A stretch of DNA of 64,000 bases from Paraspadella gotoi (GCA_051294375.1 CM119269.1:10894883-10958882); one strand, 5' to 3'; counted from the first letter of the stretch, positions 43,201 to 55,471 are shown. The notes: a model not told the origin generated them from the sequence alone. Numbers and translations: made by a program.

Positions 43201-46200
43201 TTAATCTCGAGTATTTGAGTCAGTTTGACTGGAGAAAACAAGCCTCAAAACTCGAAGAGCAAAATGACTGTCACTTGAATCAACTTTGAAGGGAATTCCA
43301 TCTACCTCGCGTTAAACGATGCAGGTTATTCGTCGGATATCGATCGAAATAATTCCGATACTTTTTTAAATCAAGTCTAAAACCGCTCACGTATAAAAAG
43401 GCTCCGGACGCTGCCGAGGACTCGGCCCAGACTAAGTCCACCGATGAGAAGAGCAATGCGACGGAATTACGTCGTCATCGGCGACATCATCATCACCATC
43501 ATCATCATCACCATCACCATCGGGATGCGGACTCTTTTCTCGACGCTTTCGTCGGCGTCTGGAAGCTGCAGAAGAGCGAAAACTTTGACGGTTATTTGAA
43601 GGCGCAAGGCATCGGGTATGGACAAAGGGATATCGTCGTCGAGTGAACAAGTTTGAGCAAACAATGTCGGATCTGCCCACGATCATTATTAGCGGTAATT
43701 AATTAAGTTTGGTCTATTCGTCACTGACAACAACAAAAGCGACGATGATGGCGACGACGACAATAATGCCGATAACGATTGACTTACATGATTGATTATT
43801 TGTTTGATTGATTGATTAAATAATTAATTGATTAATAGAAAAATAAATTGATTGATTGAATAATCAAGTGATTGATTGATTGAATAATCAAGTGATTGAT
43901 TAATTTACTGATTAATTAATTATTGATTAATTAACTGATTAATTATTTGATTAATTAATACATCTTGCATTTACATTTAATATAAAAAGAAAAGGAATCA
44001 ATTAGTGAAACAGGTTTTTTTGTTTTTTCCATTTAAATTAATTTCCACTCAGACGATTCCATCAAAACTTGATTTCCAGTTTAATCACACACTTTTCTAC
44101 CCATATAGAAAATTTCAAGTCAATTACCCCATCCACTCATGAGTAATTGGCGTTCAAATAGTGAAATAGATTTATTTGTTTTTTTTTCATTTAAACTCAT
44201 TTTCACTCTTACGATTCCAGCGAAACTTCATATCCAGCTCAATCACACACTTCCGTACCCACACACAAAATTTCATTCCAATCCATTCATCGAATCACGT
44301 GTAATTGGAGTTTTTTGCTAAGGAGGGACGGACGGATGGACGGACATCATTTTTTTTTTTGGCGTAATTTATCATAATTCGATGTTCTGAAATTATATAA
44401 GTGAATGCCCGACAAGATTGAGGGGGCGTGCCGATGGACCGACAAAGTGGATTATAAAGTCGGGATCTGCTGTAAGCAGATCAGACTAAAAATTGATTAT
44501 AACCTGAAGAAATATTCGAAGTACTTCTTGAGTTAAGATGAAAAGAGTATTGATATTTAGTGGTAAACCCATTCAGGTATTTCGCCAGAGCCTTAGTTTA
44601 CTTTTTGGACTTCAGTATTACCATTCGCCGACGTGAAAGAGGCCTGAAGGTGCGGAGTCTTTAATATAAGTTCGTTTGATTTGAAATCCCTTACGAATAA
44701 ATAAAAAAGAAATTACTGACTCTTGACTATTAGACGGACTATTCGCTGCCGTTTTTTTTTCTCAGGTTTTGATTCACGATTATACGAGCGAATTCAGTCT
44801 GGGAATTTCCCAACCGCTTTTGGAACACCCCGTCACTAAGCGCACGGATCAAGAGGTTAAACTAATCACGATTCTCTTTTAATCAATACTCAAAAACACC
44901 GAAATAACGCGGCACTAAAAAACTTCATAGGTTGTAGTTTCCATCGAAAATGGCCGCCTCGTGACGCGCATCTTCGATCCAAACAAACCTCGAGTCGAGG
45001 CTGCGGCCATCAACGTCGCAGACTCGGCTGGCTCGGCCGACAAAACTGCCGACGATTCGGCGCCTCCCGGGACCACGACTTCTTCGTGTCCGGCGGAGAC
45101 AATGATCCTCGAAATGAGTCCAGACAAAACTGCGATCAAACAGACTTTGCAGGGAAGGGATTTGTAATTTTGTATGTTTGAATGAATTAATAGTGAATGA
45201 AGTCAAACCCCATACTTTGCAAGCGTCGCCGCGGCGTGACATGAGTAACACGAGTCACTAATACTAATATGAACAGATTAACGACGTCATCAGCCACCGA
45301 TGGTACGGTCGCGAGACGCCGACGTCGCCCACCCAGCGCCGACGCAGAAGCGTGGCCCCTTACGAGCACGTCCCCGGTCAACCTCGCGTATCGGCGTCCG
45401 GAAAACCGAAATCAGCTTCCGCGACGTCATCGACGACGAGTGCCGTGAAGACGGGATCCGCCGGACGACAACTCGATGTCGGACGAGAACCCGACGAATC
45501 GTCGGAAAGATGCGAGAGTCGGGTTCAAGCCACCGGCGTCAGAACGAATCAAAGAAGGCGAGTCAAAGAGGTCGTCGAGAAAAAGAGCAAAAGAAAGCAA
45601 GTCGAAGAGGAGGAGGAGCAAACGGGCGACGATGAGACCGAGGACGAAAAACCCGAGAGGCGGGAGAACGACGCCGGAACCAAAGAAAGGGATAAGGAGA
45701 AAGGGAGAGTAAAGAAATCGCGAAGCCGAAAGGACAAGATGTTGGGTAAAGGTGAGAGTAGCTCGCGAACGACGATGAAAACCTGGAAACTAGAAACGAT
45801 ATTGCCACGATTCAGACGAGCAATTTTTTTTCTTTTTATAAGGAGGCTTGGATGACGATCAATCTCCCCTCGGTGGGAACAACGCCGAGGAGCCCAAAGC
45901 CATATGCGAAAATGCTTTGGACAACCAAAACTCGAACAACCAGGCGGAGCGCGGTCCTTCCTTTCGACACCACGGATTTCGCGAAATGCTGGAGTGGATC
46001 CGCAGCCGGTTTCCGAAAACCTCCTCCGCGGAGGAAGTGACGGCAGCGTCGACGACCGCAGCCGTCGAGTCTTTGGTCATTCCGGCCTTAGAATCGGCCG
46101 CGGATGAGTCGTTGACAGACCGATTGGTGGTTGACACACCAGGGGCGAATGCGTGGGCTTCCGACCAATCGGCGGCTGACGCATCGGCGGCGAGGGCATC

Positions 46201-49200
46201 GGTGGTGGAAACTTCGGGACCTTACGTATCGGCGGCGGACCTAATGGCAGCAAACGAGCGGGCGGCTGACCCACCCGCGGCTAACCCGTCGGCGGCTGGC
46301 CCATTGACGGCAAACTCCTCGGCGACGGAACTCTCGGCGACGGAACTCTCGGCCTCGGCGATGTAACGAAAAAGATAGTGGAACAGCAACTCAGTGGATG
46401 AGAGGAAGAGATCTTGAATACGAAGCTGTTCTTAGTTCTTTTATCTCGAAATCGTGTGCTAATAGAGCTAATAAACAGCACAATCTGTCGTTTTTACGAA
46501 GTAATCAGGAAATTGATTTGAACAGTTAAAAAAATACTATTTTGTTTGAATTTCCCTTTGCTCATTGACTCACGTTGTTGCAGATGATCAAGATTAATTT
46601 GAGTCTGTTGTTGTTGTTTCCGGTGATGTTGTTCTTGATGTGGTTGCTGCGCCTGTTTGACGGCTTGGTCTTGCTGTTGATCGGAGGATGGCGTGGTGCC
46701 GGGGATAGCGGCTGCATCAGCATCGACGCCGTGGCATGGAGCTTTCATGACATTCTCGGTTCCTCCTGAGAGATTAGACTTGTTTTTGAATAGCGAGTTT
46801 TCCAGAACTCACCTCTTGATTAACACAAGTAGTTATTCAATTAAAATAGTTTAATCAATTAAATTCATTTGATTATTTAATTTCATATAAAAACAAATAT
46901 TAAAATATATCTGTCGAATTTTTTATTAATTAATTAACTGATTAATTAAATTCCTTTAATCATACGGAACATTCAATTATATTAATAATGAATTTTTATT
47001 ATATTAATATTATATAAATCATTATCATTAATTAATTGATTAGATAAATCTCGCTTACCGACGGCGGGCGAGGCGGCAGTTGCGGCGGCGACAGTTGATT
47101 TGTCGGAAACGCGGTAAAGTAGTCTGAGTGGACCTTGGCGCCTCCAATTGTAAATGTAAGCGATGTCCATGAGAGTGTAGTCTTGGGGAAGACGATCCTC
47201 GCAGTGAAAAACGTCCACCTGATTTTGTTAGATGATTTTAAATGAAACAATCGTAGTAAAATTTTGAAGAAAAAAACTGAGTTTAAAATAACTAATATTA
47301 ACTAATATTAAACATATTCAATCTAAATTTTGATTAAAAATAAGTTTATTATTAAATAAAAACCAAAAAATATAATCCCAATATTAATGCTATTGTACTT
47401 AAATACTTGTATACGAAACGCGGATAAATTTTTACAGTAGGTTAGTGACGAATGATGAGGACCGAATTAGATCATATCCTTTCTCCTCCAAATTGTTATT
47501 TAAAAAAAAATAGCCAAGTAAAGCTCGGCAATAAAACTTTTTACTGTGGGAAAAAAAAATATCACATTTCCACATAAAATGGCCCCCCAAAAAAATGATC
47601 TCGTTCAACGTTGACCGATATCGCTAAACGCAATCACCATGGTGATGGGTTGCAGTGAGAACTTCATCCTGATAAACTTTTTAAGATGCGCGACGGTGAC
47701 GGCGGCGGGACAACGAAGATAGCGTCGGTTGCTGACGTCACACGCGTCAATTTCCGGCCGACCGCTGTGAAAGAAAAGGGGAGGCGTGGGGTTGTGAAAA
47801 GGGTGGGGGGAGGGGGGGTTAAGATTTAAGGGTAGGAGAACTAAAATAGTCAGTCAATATAAATATTTATAAATAGACAAAGGATTGTGTTGGAAATTTA
47901 AAAGAATGTAAAAAAAGACTTATGAGCAAAGGCTGCCAAAACGGATGAATCATAAATGGATATTTCGTAATGTAATTTTTATCTCCTTCGAAATACTTAT
48001 TTTTTACTATAAAGACGGAGAGAATAAATTTGGCGCGCATCTCGCATGCATCAAGCGAGCAACTGTCACGTGACTCGTTCAAATAAAAATAAACGCGTTT
48101 TGAAATGAAAACTATTTTAACTCCACGCCCACGTCTTTTCGTGGGCTGAATAAGACGGAATCTGCGCTCGCAACAAAGTACTCGATTATCCAATTTAGCC
48201 GGATCTGCTTATCGCAGATTCCGGCTCTATCATTCACTTAATTAGGTCGGTCGGTCTTTAAAATTATATAAAAAATATTATGATATAAATCCTTTCTTTT
48301 CGTTGTTTGAGACAATTAGAGACAGTTTGAATTTAGTTTTGACAAAACAAAAAACTCGTTTTACTTTCCGATTTTTTTTTATGGAAAATATTTTTTATAT
48401 TGGTTGTACCAATTTCATAAACAAGTACAGTTAATCAATTAAAATAGTTTAATCAATTAAATTCATTCGATTATTTAATTTCATATAAAAACAAATATTA
48501 AAATATATCTCTTGTTTTTTATTAATTAATTAACTTATTAATTAAATTTATTTAATCATACGGAACATTCTATTATATTAATAATTAATTATTGTTATAT
48601 TAATATTATATTAATCATTATCATTAATTAATTTATTAGATAAAACTCATCAATAATAAAAAATAAATTAATTAATTATATAGTAAATTAATCTTCTGAT
48701 TAGCTGCTTTTCGCTAAATTATCATAAGAAGATCAGGAATTTTTTTCTCCAACTTAAACTTAAATTTGTCCATAGGGAATCTTTACATGTGATTGTATTT
48801 TAATAATATTTTATCAGTTCTTCAGATCTAGCTAGTAGCTACACAAAAGTAGAGGTTTACCTTCTTACCTTCTCTATTCTTTTCTCATTTCAATTTACTT
48901 TCTTTTCCTCCTTGCATGCAACTAGGGTTCCGTTAACCGTTAATTTTTGAGGAACTTCGTTAACCGTTAAAACTAACGTTTTTAACGGTTAACCGTTAAA
49001 ATCGGTTAATTTTATAATTTAACTTTAAATTTAAAATATTAATATTTAAAACTAACTAAAGTATTTAATGGTATTTTCTCCTTAACTCCGGCTACTGAAT
49101 CGTCTTTATCTTCTATTTCAGATAGATGAGGTACACATTATAGTTGATAAATGAGAAAATTGGTTTGAAAAAACTATCTTAAATCTATCCATCAGCTAAT

Positions 49201-52200
49201 CAAATAAAGCATTATAATAAATTTTTCTTTTGCCTCATAGCATAATAAAAATATGAAAAAAGACAATAAAAGAAAAAGCACAATGTGATTTTAATTCTGT
49301 ATATTTTGTTTTATCTTTCTCTCTTTTTCTTTCTTTCTTTCGTTTTCGCTTTTCTTTTTCTTTTTCTATTTCTCTTCATTATTTTTATAGTTGTTAGTTT
49401 TTTGAAAGCATGTTTTTCTGTTGTTAGTCTTTCATAAACCATGACCATAAATATAATTATAATTATGAATATTGTGTTAAGACTTTTTTTTTCGTTGCGT
49501 TTATAGATAAGTGAAAGCAAAGTTTATTTGTTTACAAACAACAGGTTTTTATTAAAAAAAAAACGAACATGTTTCGACTCTCACGCGCTGATGTAGACTC
49601 GGAAAAACTAGAGTCGAAACATGTCCGTTTTTTGGAATAAAAACCGTTGTTAACTTTGTGTTTTCTCTTAATTATGAATATCAATTTATTAATTGAATGG
49701 TTGGTTGAATGATCGATTGATCAAAAGAGTTATTAATTAATAAATATTTTTTTTAAATTTTATTAAAGTATATCATCATTGATGGATAGTTTTAGTTTGC
49801 CTTAATGTCTTTTAAAAAGATTCATTCCTTTTTATTGTTCATTTTTTAAATGTTTTTACTTTATTTTATTTACTTCTTTGTTCGTTTTAAAAATTGAAAG
49901 AAAAAGCTAAAAAAAGTAAAATAAGAAAGCTTATTTATTTTTTTTATTAGCAAAATAGAATATTATTGCATGTAAAAATTTGATTTGCAAAAAAATATAT
50001 GCAGATGCATATTATATTTCAAAATATTCTTTGATGTAAATGTAAAAAATGAGCTGAATGGAAAAACGAAAACAATTGGGAGAAAGTAAGTAAAAAAAAA
50101 TACTGGAAGGGCAGAAAAAAATGATAATAGATTAGGATAGAAAAAGATTAAAAGGGTTGAAAATAACAAAGAAAAAAAGGGGAAAATGTAGAACAGAGAG
50201 AGGGGGAAAATATAGTGAGAAAGGGAGAGGAGAATAAGGAAAAAAAATTTTTTTCTTAAAAAATCAAAGTTTTCATAACAAAAATTAACAGAAATCATAC
50301 TTGAAAATTAACCGAATTTAACCGTTAAAATAAATATATTAACGGTTAAGTTAAAATTATTTTTAATCGTTAATAACCGTTAACTGTTAACGGTTATCGG
50401 AACTCTACATGCAACACGTTTTCTTTGCATCGCATACCACAAATTTCCCCCGATTCTTTTTTTTGTTTTTGTGAGAATAAACTTTATTCTTTGCTCTTCG
50501 TCCATCTCGATCTGTTTATTTAGAACCTCTACTATTGCAAAGGACGGTACCGGTAGCGGTTGCTAGGGATGTCGTCGATCATGTAGCTAGTGCAAGAAAA
50601 ACAACCACTCAATATTTGTTTAGCAGTTCATCGTCGTCGACACGGTCGTCGTCGTCATTTTCTTCAAGGCAATTTTTTTTTACGTCGAAATTACGCGCGG
50701 CGACGCACTACGACAAAAACTCTGGACGACGACGACGACGATGATGACGATGACTACTACTAAAGCCGACGTCGACGAAAGAATTGTAACTGACGTCGAA
50801 TTCGTCGCTCACGCGTCACTTCGATCTTTTTTTAGTTTTTTCTTTCTTTTTTTTTTTCATCTTTTACTTCAGTGGGAAAAACGGCGAATCTTTTTTTTTT
50901 TTATCTTCGTTTGATTCCGGAAGACGAACTCAATTTTGATACCGCAGTTATTTTTTTTTTCACAGAAGTTCCTTGTAATAATAATAATAATACAAAAAAA
51001 ATTGTGTAGTTTCAATTGGTTGAGTTTTTTTTTTATCAGCAAAAGACTTTCTTCCTCCAGAAACTCTATGACCCTACAAAGGTAATCGATTTATATATAT
51101 ATTTTTTTCTATCTATGTACCAAATTTGTTTCCACCGCAGGCTGTTATGAACAGATCGTCGAACAGTATTAACAACAACAACAACAACAACAACAGTACC
51201 GCGGATCTCAAATCTTTCTCCAAATATTCGAGAAGGGACGTTTTTCCAGCGGACCCGCCGAAGGATAATGAGGAGTCAGAGTTGGTACGAAACTTTACTG
51301 CGACAATACGAACCTCATAATCCGCACAGTCGCCCCTGCATCAGGAGGACGTGGAGGATCAACACCTTCAACAACAGCGACGAGCCAACCTTCGTCGAAG
51401 ATCTTCGTTCATGTCGAGCATGAACCCAGAGGATCTGAGAAAGGTGGGCGGATTTCCGGAGTGGGATTAGCAGCTTTATTTTAAAATCATTATAATAAAG
51501 GTATGTTTAACTTAATTAACGAAATTTAAGTCGCGAGCTCGTCGAGTAATTAATATTTCAATGCTAAAAACTCCTCAACAACGTCCACTGGTGCCATCCC
51601 AATTCTTCCAAGTCACAGACGACGATTCCCGAAGAGACCGACGACGATCTCGACGACGACGGCGGCATCCCGACGCCCAAATACGTCGACGCCGGCACAT
51701 CCGCTGTTGAAGTCGACAAAGACGACGACGCCGACGACAAGAAAGGCTGCCCCATTTTCCAGCGCTCCGCCAAACGGAAGAGCAAAACCAATTTACAAAG
51801 GTGGAAGAAAACAAGTTTTTTTTTTGTTGTTTGCCCGCGGTTCCATCTGAATTTCGCCTTCGTTGGTCATTGCAGATCGATGTCGATGACGTTTCCTTCT
51901 TCTCGGAATCGTCGACAGTCGGGAAGCGACTCCGACGCCGACGAAGATAAAAAGACGAAGGAAAAGAATTTGGGACGAGACTTCACGAGCATGGTGGAAC
52001 TATTTTCCTCGTTTAGAAGGAAAAGGTAAAGGAAAGGGGTCGGTTCTAAATACGTAGCGGTTTTTTTTTTGCCTCCATTCAGAAGGAATGTGTGGCGCCG
52101 AATTATCGGTTTTATAGTCAAATTAATAAATATAATTTGTTAATAGCTTTGCTAAAAATAAAGAAACTTAACTTGTCCGCCAACGTCAACAGGAAAGACG

Positions 52201-54930
52201 ACGGCAAGTCCAAGAAATCTTCAAAGTCTTCAAAGAATCACGGACGAGAGGCTCCGCCCTTCGCCGCGCTCTTTGCCAGCGCCTTCGGGGGTCGCGGATT
52301 CGGTGGTCGCGGATTCGGAAGCCGAAGCAGGAAACCCAAGAAGCGAGACGACTCATCGGATTCGGAGGTAGGGTGTGTGTGGGTGTGTCTCTCTCTCTCG
52401 CTCACTCTCTCTCTCTTTCACTCTCACTTTTCACTGCCGACTCCTTACTTAAAAAGGACGAGATGGTCGAGGCCCGACGTCAGCGCCGCAAAGGCACGGG
52501 GCTCAACTTCATGAACCTCATCATGGGCGGGACGCCGATGCCCCCGATGGGGTCGTCGGGCAAGAGCCCCCGAGACGGTTACGAGGAAGAGGACGACGAC
52601 GACGATTACGACGACTACGAAGACGGTTACGAGGAAGACGACTACGACGAACCTCCGCCGGCTCGTCATCCCGGAGAGAACCACCCCATGTACCAAATGT
52701 TCGGAGGTCGGAGGATGGAATCGAAGAACAAGAAGCGGAGCGGCAGGAGCATGTTCGGCGGTGGGGGCGGCATGGGAAGCATGTTTGGGGCAATGATGGG
52801 TCGAGGAGGTGGTGGTGGAGGCAACCCCATGATGGGGATGTTTGGAGGCGGAAGACACGGTGGTGGCGGCGGCGACGGCGGCGGCGGAAGGAGTAGGGGA
52901 ATGGGAGGAATGGGCGCCATGTTCGGCGGAGGCGGCATGAATCCAATGTCGATGATGTTCGGACGAGGCGGAAACGACGGTCGACGACGCAGCATGTTTG
53001 GCGGAGGAGGAGGGGGAGGAGGAGGAGGTAGGAGGGGCTCCATGATGCAGATGTTCACTGGAGGCATGGGAGGCGGCATGGGAGGCGGCATGGGTGCCAT
53101 GGGAGGAAGAGGAGGGGGACCCATGGGAGGCATGTTCGGCGGTGGGGGCGCAAAGGGCAGAAGAGCCAGCGTGGCGGGAATGGGCGGAGGCATGGGGGCC
53201 GGCATGTTCGGCGGAGGCAGGGGAGGAGGAGGAGGAATGAACAAGGGAGGCAGGGGAGGTCAGTTCATGTCCAACATGATGGGAGCACGAAAAGGAGGCC
53301 GACCTTACTCGAGCATGATGAACTTGAGTAGATGAGCTCCTGGGAGTTGGATGGATGTTGTTCAGCCGTTTTTAAGCCGGAGGGGGGGAGATTCAAAAGC
53401 CAGAATGTGTTTCACGACTTTGTTTCCACGACGCCATTTTTTTTTGTTCCTTTAGCTCCGACGGAGATAAGAGGAAGTGTCTTTTTTTCCTTTCAGAAAA
53501 AGCCTCGGGCGTAGACAACTTTGCCCATTTTGTTAAAGTAACTTTCTCATCAGATGCTTTTATCAGTCATCTCGTGTTTTTTTTTTACTTTCTCGTGGTT
53601 CCCTTTTAGTTCAGGGAAGTTAAAAGCCTTTAGAAAATTTTTTTCTCAGATTTATAGATAACTCAGCTTTTTTGTCAAGTATTAGGTAATTTTTTTCATT
53701 CCCAAAACAGTGGCAGAGCCAGAAATGATACGTTATTATTAATCTAGTATTATCTTCAAGATGAATGGAGGTCCTAATTCATAAATCAATAAGTTTTTTT
53801 TTATTGGTCGTCGATTGAGTGAAGAAAAAAATATTTTATTTTCGACGTCCAATTTTTAACCTTTTTACGGATTTCTTCCAGATCAACAAGAGAGAGAATT
53901 TTAAAATACTGCTTAGAGACAATTTTCACAAATGAAATACAAAATTTGTCGAAACATAAGGATTCCGAATTCATTAGGATTCATTAACATTCAGAATATA
54001 AAATGTAAAATAGAAATCGAACTTACCTCTCGGAATATTCCAGCGAGAGCGAGACCTTCTCGTCGTTGGTGTAGATCTTCTTCCTCCAATCCTCCGGATC
54101 CTCCACTTCTCCAACTTCTTCCCTGGAACTGGTCGTCGTCGCCGCGGAAGGCGTCGACTCGGGATTCGAGGCGTAGAAATCTCGTCGTCGCTTCATCTCC
54201 ACTGAAGAAGGACATCAAACGGAATAATGGAATGAATTGGTGAAGAACATAAACTTAAATAAACGAAAACATTTTATTCTTGAATTCTGAGGTCACCGTA
54301 AATTTAAAACTAGAAAAAATTTTAAAAAATTATGTTTCATTTTTGTGATAAGGCAATGCATTCAATCATTAACACTTCGGCAACAAAGTCAAACAGACGA
54401 CAAACGAAAAAAAATTAGTTGGTTTCCCTTATCGAATTGTTAAAAATCTAATTTATCCATGAGTCACTCTGCTGATAGTCACGTAGTGATTTTCAACGTC
54501 TGTTAACCCAAATTAAATTTGCTAAACCTTTGAAAAGTCCAGGAACCAATTTGTAAACGATCGCTTGAAGAGTCTTGTCAGGGCGGAGGTTGGTTAAAGG
54601 CTTCGTCTTATGAACCTGTAAGACAAATCAAATTTTTTATCAATCACAGAAGAACGGGCAAACAGCCAAACAATCAATTATTACCTGGGTGTCACAGATG
54701 GGACACGTTTTTGATGACTCCAGATATCGAACGATGCAAGCGCGACAGACTAAAAAAAACGATTAAAATTCTCTATCCGACTACTACAAAAGGAATCATG
54801 CATGACAAATCAACTTACAAGAGTGAAGGCATTCGATGATAGTCGTGGCGTCCACATAATAACCTCCGCACAAAACGCACATCAAGTGAGAGTTCAAGTC
54901 TCTCATCTTTAACTTAGTAGTTCGATGCAT
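38132..54930 (-). CDS. BMI1: Polycomb group RING finger protein, BMI1/PCGF2/4 (Psc-like): RING + RAWUL + ~1,150 aa S/T/P/Q-rich C-terminal region; 17 coding exons, ~1,396 aa
   Basis: Spliced translation [98 protein letters not shown]...[22 protein letters not shown]...[25 protein letters not shown] closely matches BMI1. Phase-consistent GT-AG exons: 54930-54819, 54749-54685, 54615-54528, 54201-54027, 47764-47638, 47218-47059, 46765-46574, 43063-42916, 42842-41135, 41020-40645, 40530-40444, 40163-40080, 39837-39702, 39611-39152, 39028-38959, 38558-38485, 38260-38132 (TGA); 4,191 nt in total. Exons 1-6 are secure; the tail exons rest on splice signals and frame continuity. Confidence 0.93.
38690..38900 (-). 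mobile_element. tRNA-derived SINE-like element in BMI1 intron 15
   Basis: Minus strand has A-box-like TGGCTTGGACAGCTAAG and B-box GGGTTCAATCCC at tRNA spacing, followed by a GC-richer body; no clean cloverleaf. Confidence 0.5.
43319..46366 (+). CDS. Fatty-acid-binding protein (iLBP/FABP) domain protein with N-terminal His12 tract and long acidic/Ala-Ser-rich tail, nested antisense in BMI1 intron 7 (~534 aa)
   Basis: [25 protein letters not shown]|[24 protein letters not shown]|[13 protein letters not shown]...|[11 protein letters not shown]...ETMILEM...TLQ|[13 protein letters not shown] follows the FABP register (GxWKL..SENFD motif, C-terminal RxY). Exons 43319-43324 (tentative start), 43401-43615, 44577-44649, 44766-44855, 44931-45152, 45277-45751, 45843-46366. 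The 45153 donor reads GG, not GT. Confidence 0.75.
44004..44492 (+). mobile_element. Helitron/Helentron-like non-autonomous remnant; partial inverted copy at ~48194-48257
   Basis: Two ~155 bp tandem units, a (GGAC)n tract and a 3' hairpin GATCTGCTGTAAGCAGATC followed by TAAAAA. The same hairpin family (GGATCTGCTTATCGCAGATTCC) lies inverted at ~48200. Confidence 0.45.
46826..48644 (+). repeat. ~220 bp AT-rich direct repeat (46826-47048 and 48421-48644) in BMI1 introns 6 and 4
   Basis: Shared CAATTAAAATAGTTTAATCAATTAAATTCATT...CATATAAAAACAAATATTAAAATATATCT...CATACGGAACATTC...TAGATAAA. Confidence 0.85.
48923..50407. mobile_element. Non-autonomous hAT-type DNA transposon (~1.5 kb) in BMI1 intron 4
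   Basis: Perfect 8 bp TSD CATGCAAC (48915-48922 and 50408-50415), TIRs TAGGGTTCCGTTAACCG / CGGTTATCGGAACTCTA, multiple subterminal AACCGTT/AACGGTT motifs, no transposase ORF. Confidence 0.9.
51147..53335 (+). CDS. Uncharacterised disordered protein with acidic stretches and a Gly/Met/Arg-rich (MFGGG, RGG) C-terminal domain, nested antisense in BMI1 intron 4
   Basis: GT-AG exons approx. 51147-51284, 51330-51443, 51613-51800, 51877-52025, 52192-52367, 52457-53335 join in one frame. The last exon is the 52373..53335 ORF with repeated GGMG/MFGGG motifs. No known domain recognised. Confidence 0.72.
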
Positions 54931-55471
54931 ATCGGCGTCGTTCGATTCGAGATAGACGTAAGACAGGTCTCGGTGTTTCTAAGTGTTACTTCGGAAAACA
55001 ATCGCCTTTGCGTCATTTGGTTAGAAAGTTCAATGGATTTAGTGGCGAGATATTACGTTCGAGCGAATCGTTGCAAATTCGGTAGAATAACGTTGATTGC
55101 ATCATAAACGAGATTGTGGAAATTTCATCTTTTTTTTTTCTAAAAAAAAATATAAGTATTAAAAATATATCCAATTGATACGAGGTTTGTTGATAATAAG
55201 ATAATAAGAGAGTAAGTGGTCAGTGCTTGTAGAAAAAGGATATAAAAATAAACTTCCATTAACGTATGATTGCGAAACAAACGAAACGCATCATGGCACT
55301 GATTTCGTGTGAAAAAAAAGATTCACCAAAAAAAATAGGTTCCCTACCCATTGTATTGTATTACCCAATGTATTTAATGCGTGTAAAATATGGATTGTAT
55401 AACGGTACTCAATATATAGGAGGTAAAAATTATTCGAGTGAATTTTACCATCGTCGTCCCAATTAATAAAA

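Noticed and set aside
43616-43700. In-frame TGA at 43644 suggesting an FABP pseudogene or selenocysteine
   Set aside because: A canonical GT donor at 43616 spliced to 44577 restores the FABP register, so the TGA is intronic.
52666-53244. 192 aa Pro/Met-rich minus-strand ORF as a BMI1 exon or separate gene
   Set aside because: It is the antisense shadow of the Gly-rich exon; the plus strand has a coherent spliced model and BMI1 exons 4 and 5 join in frame without it.
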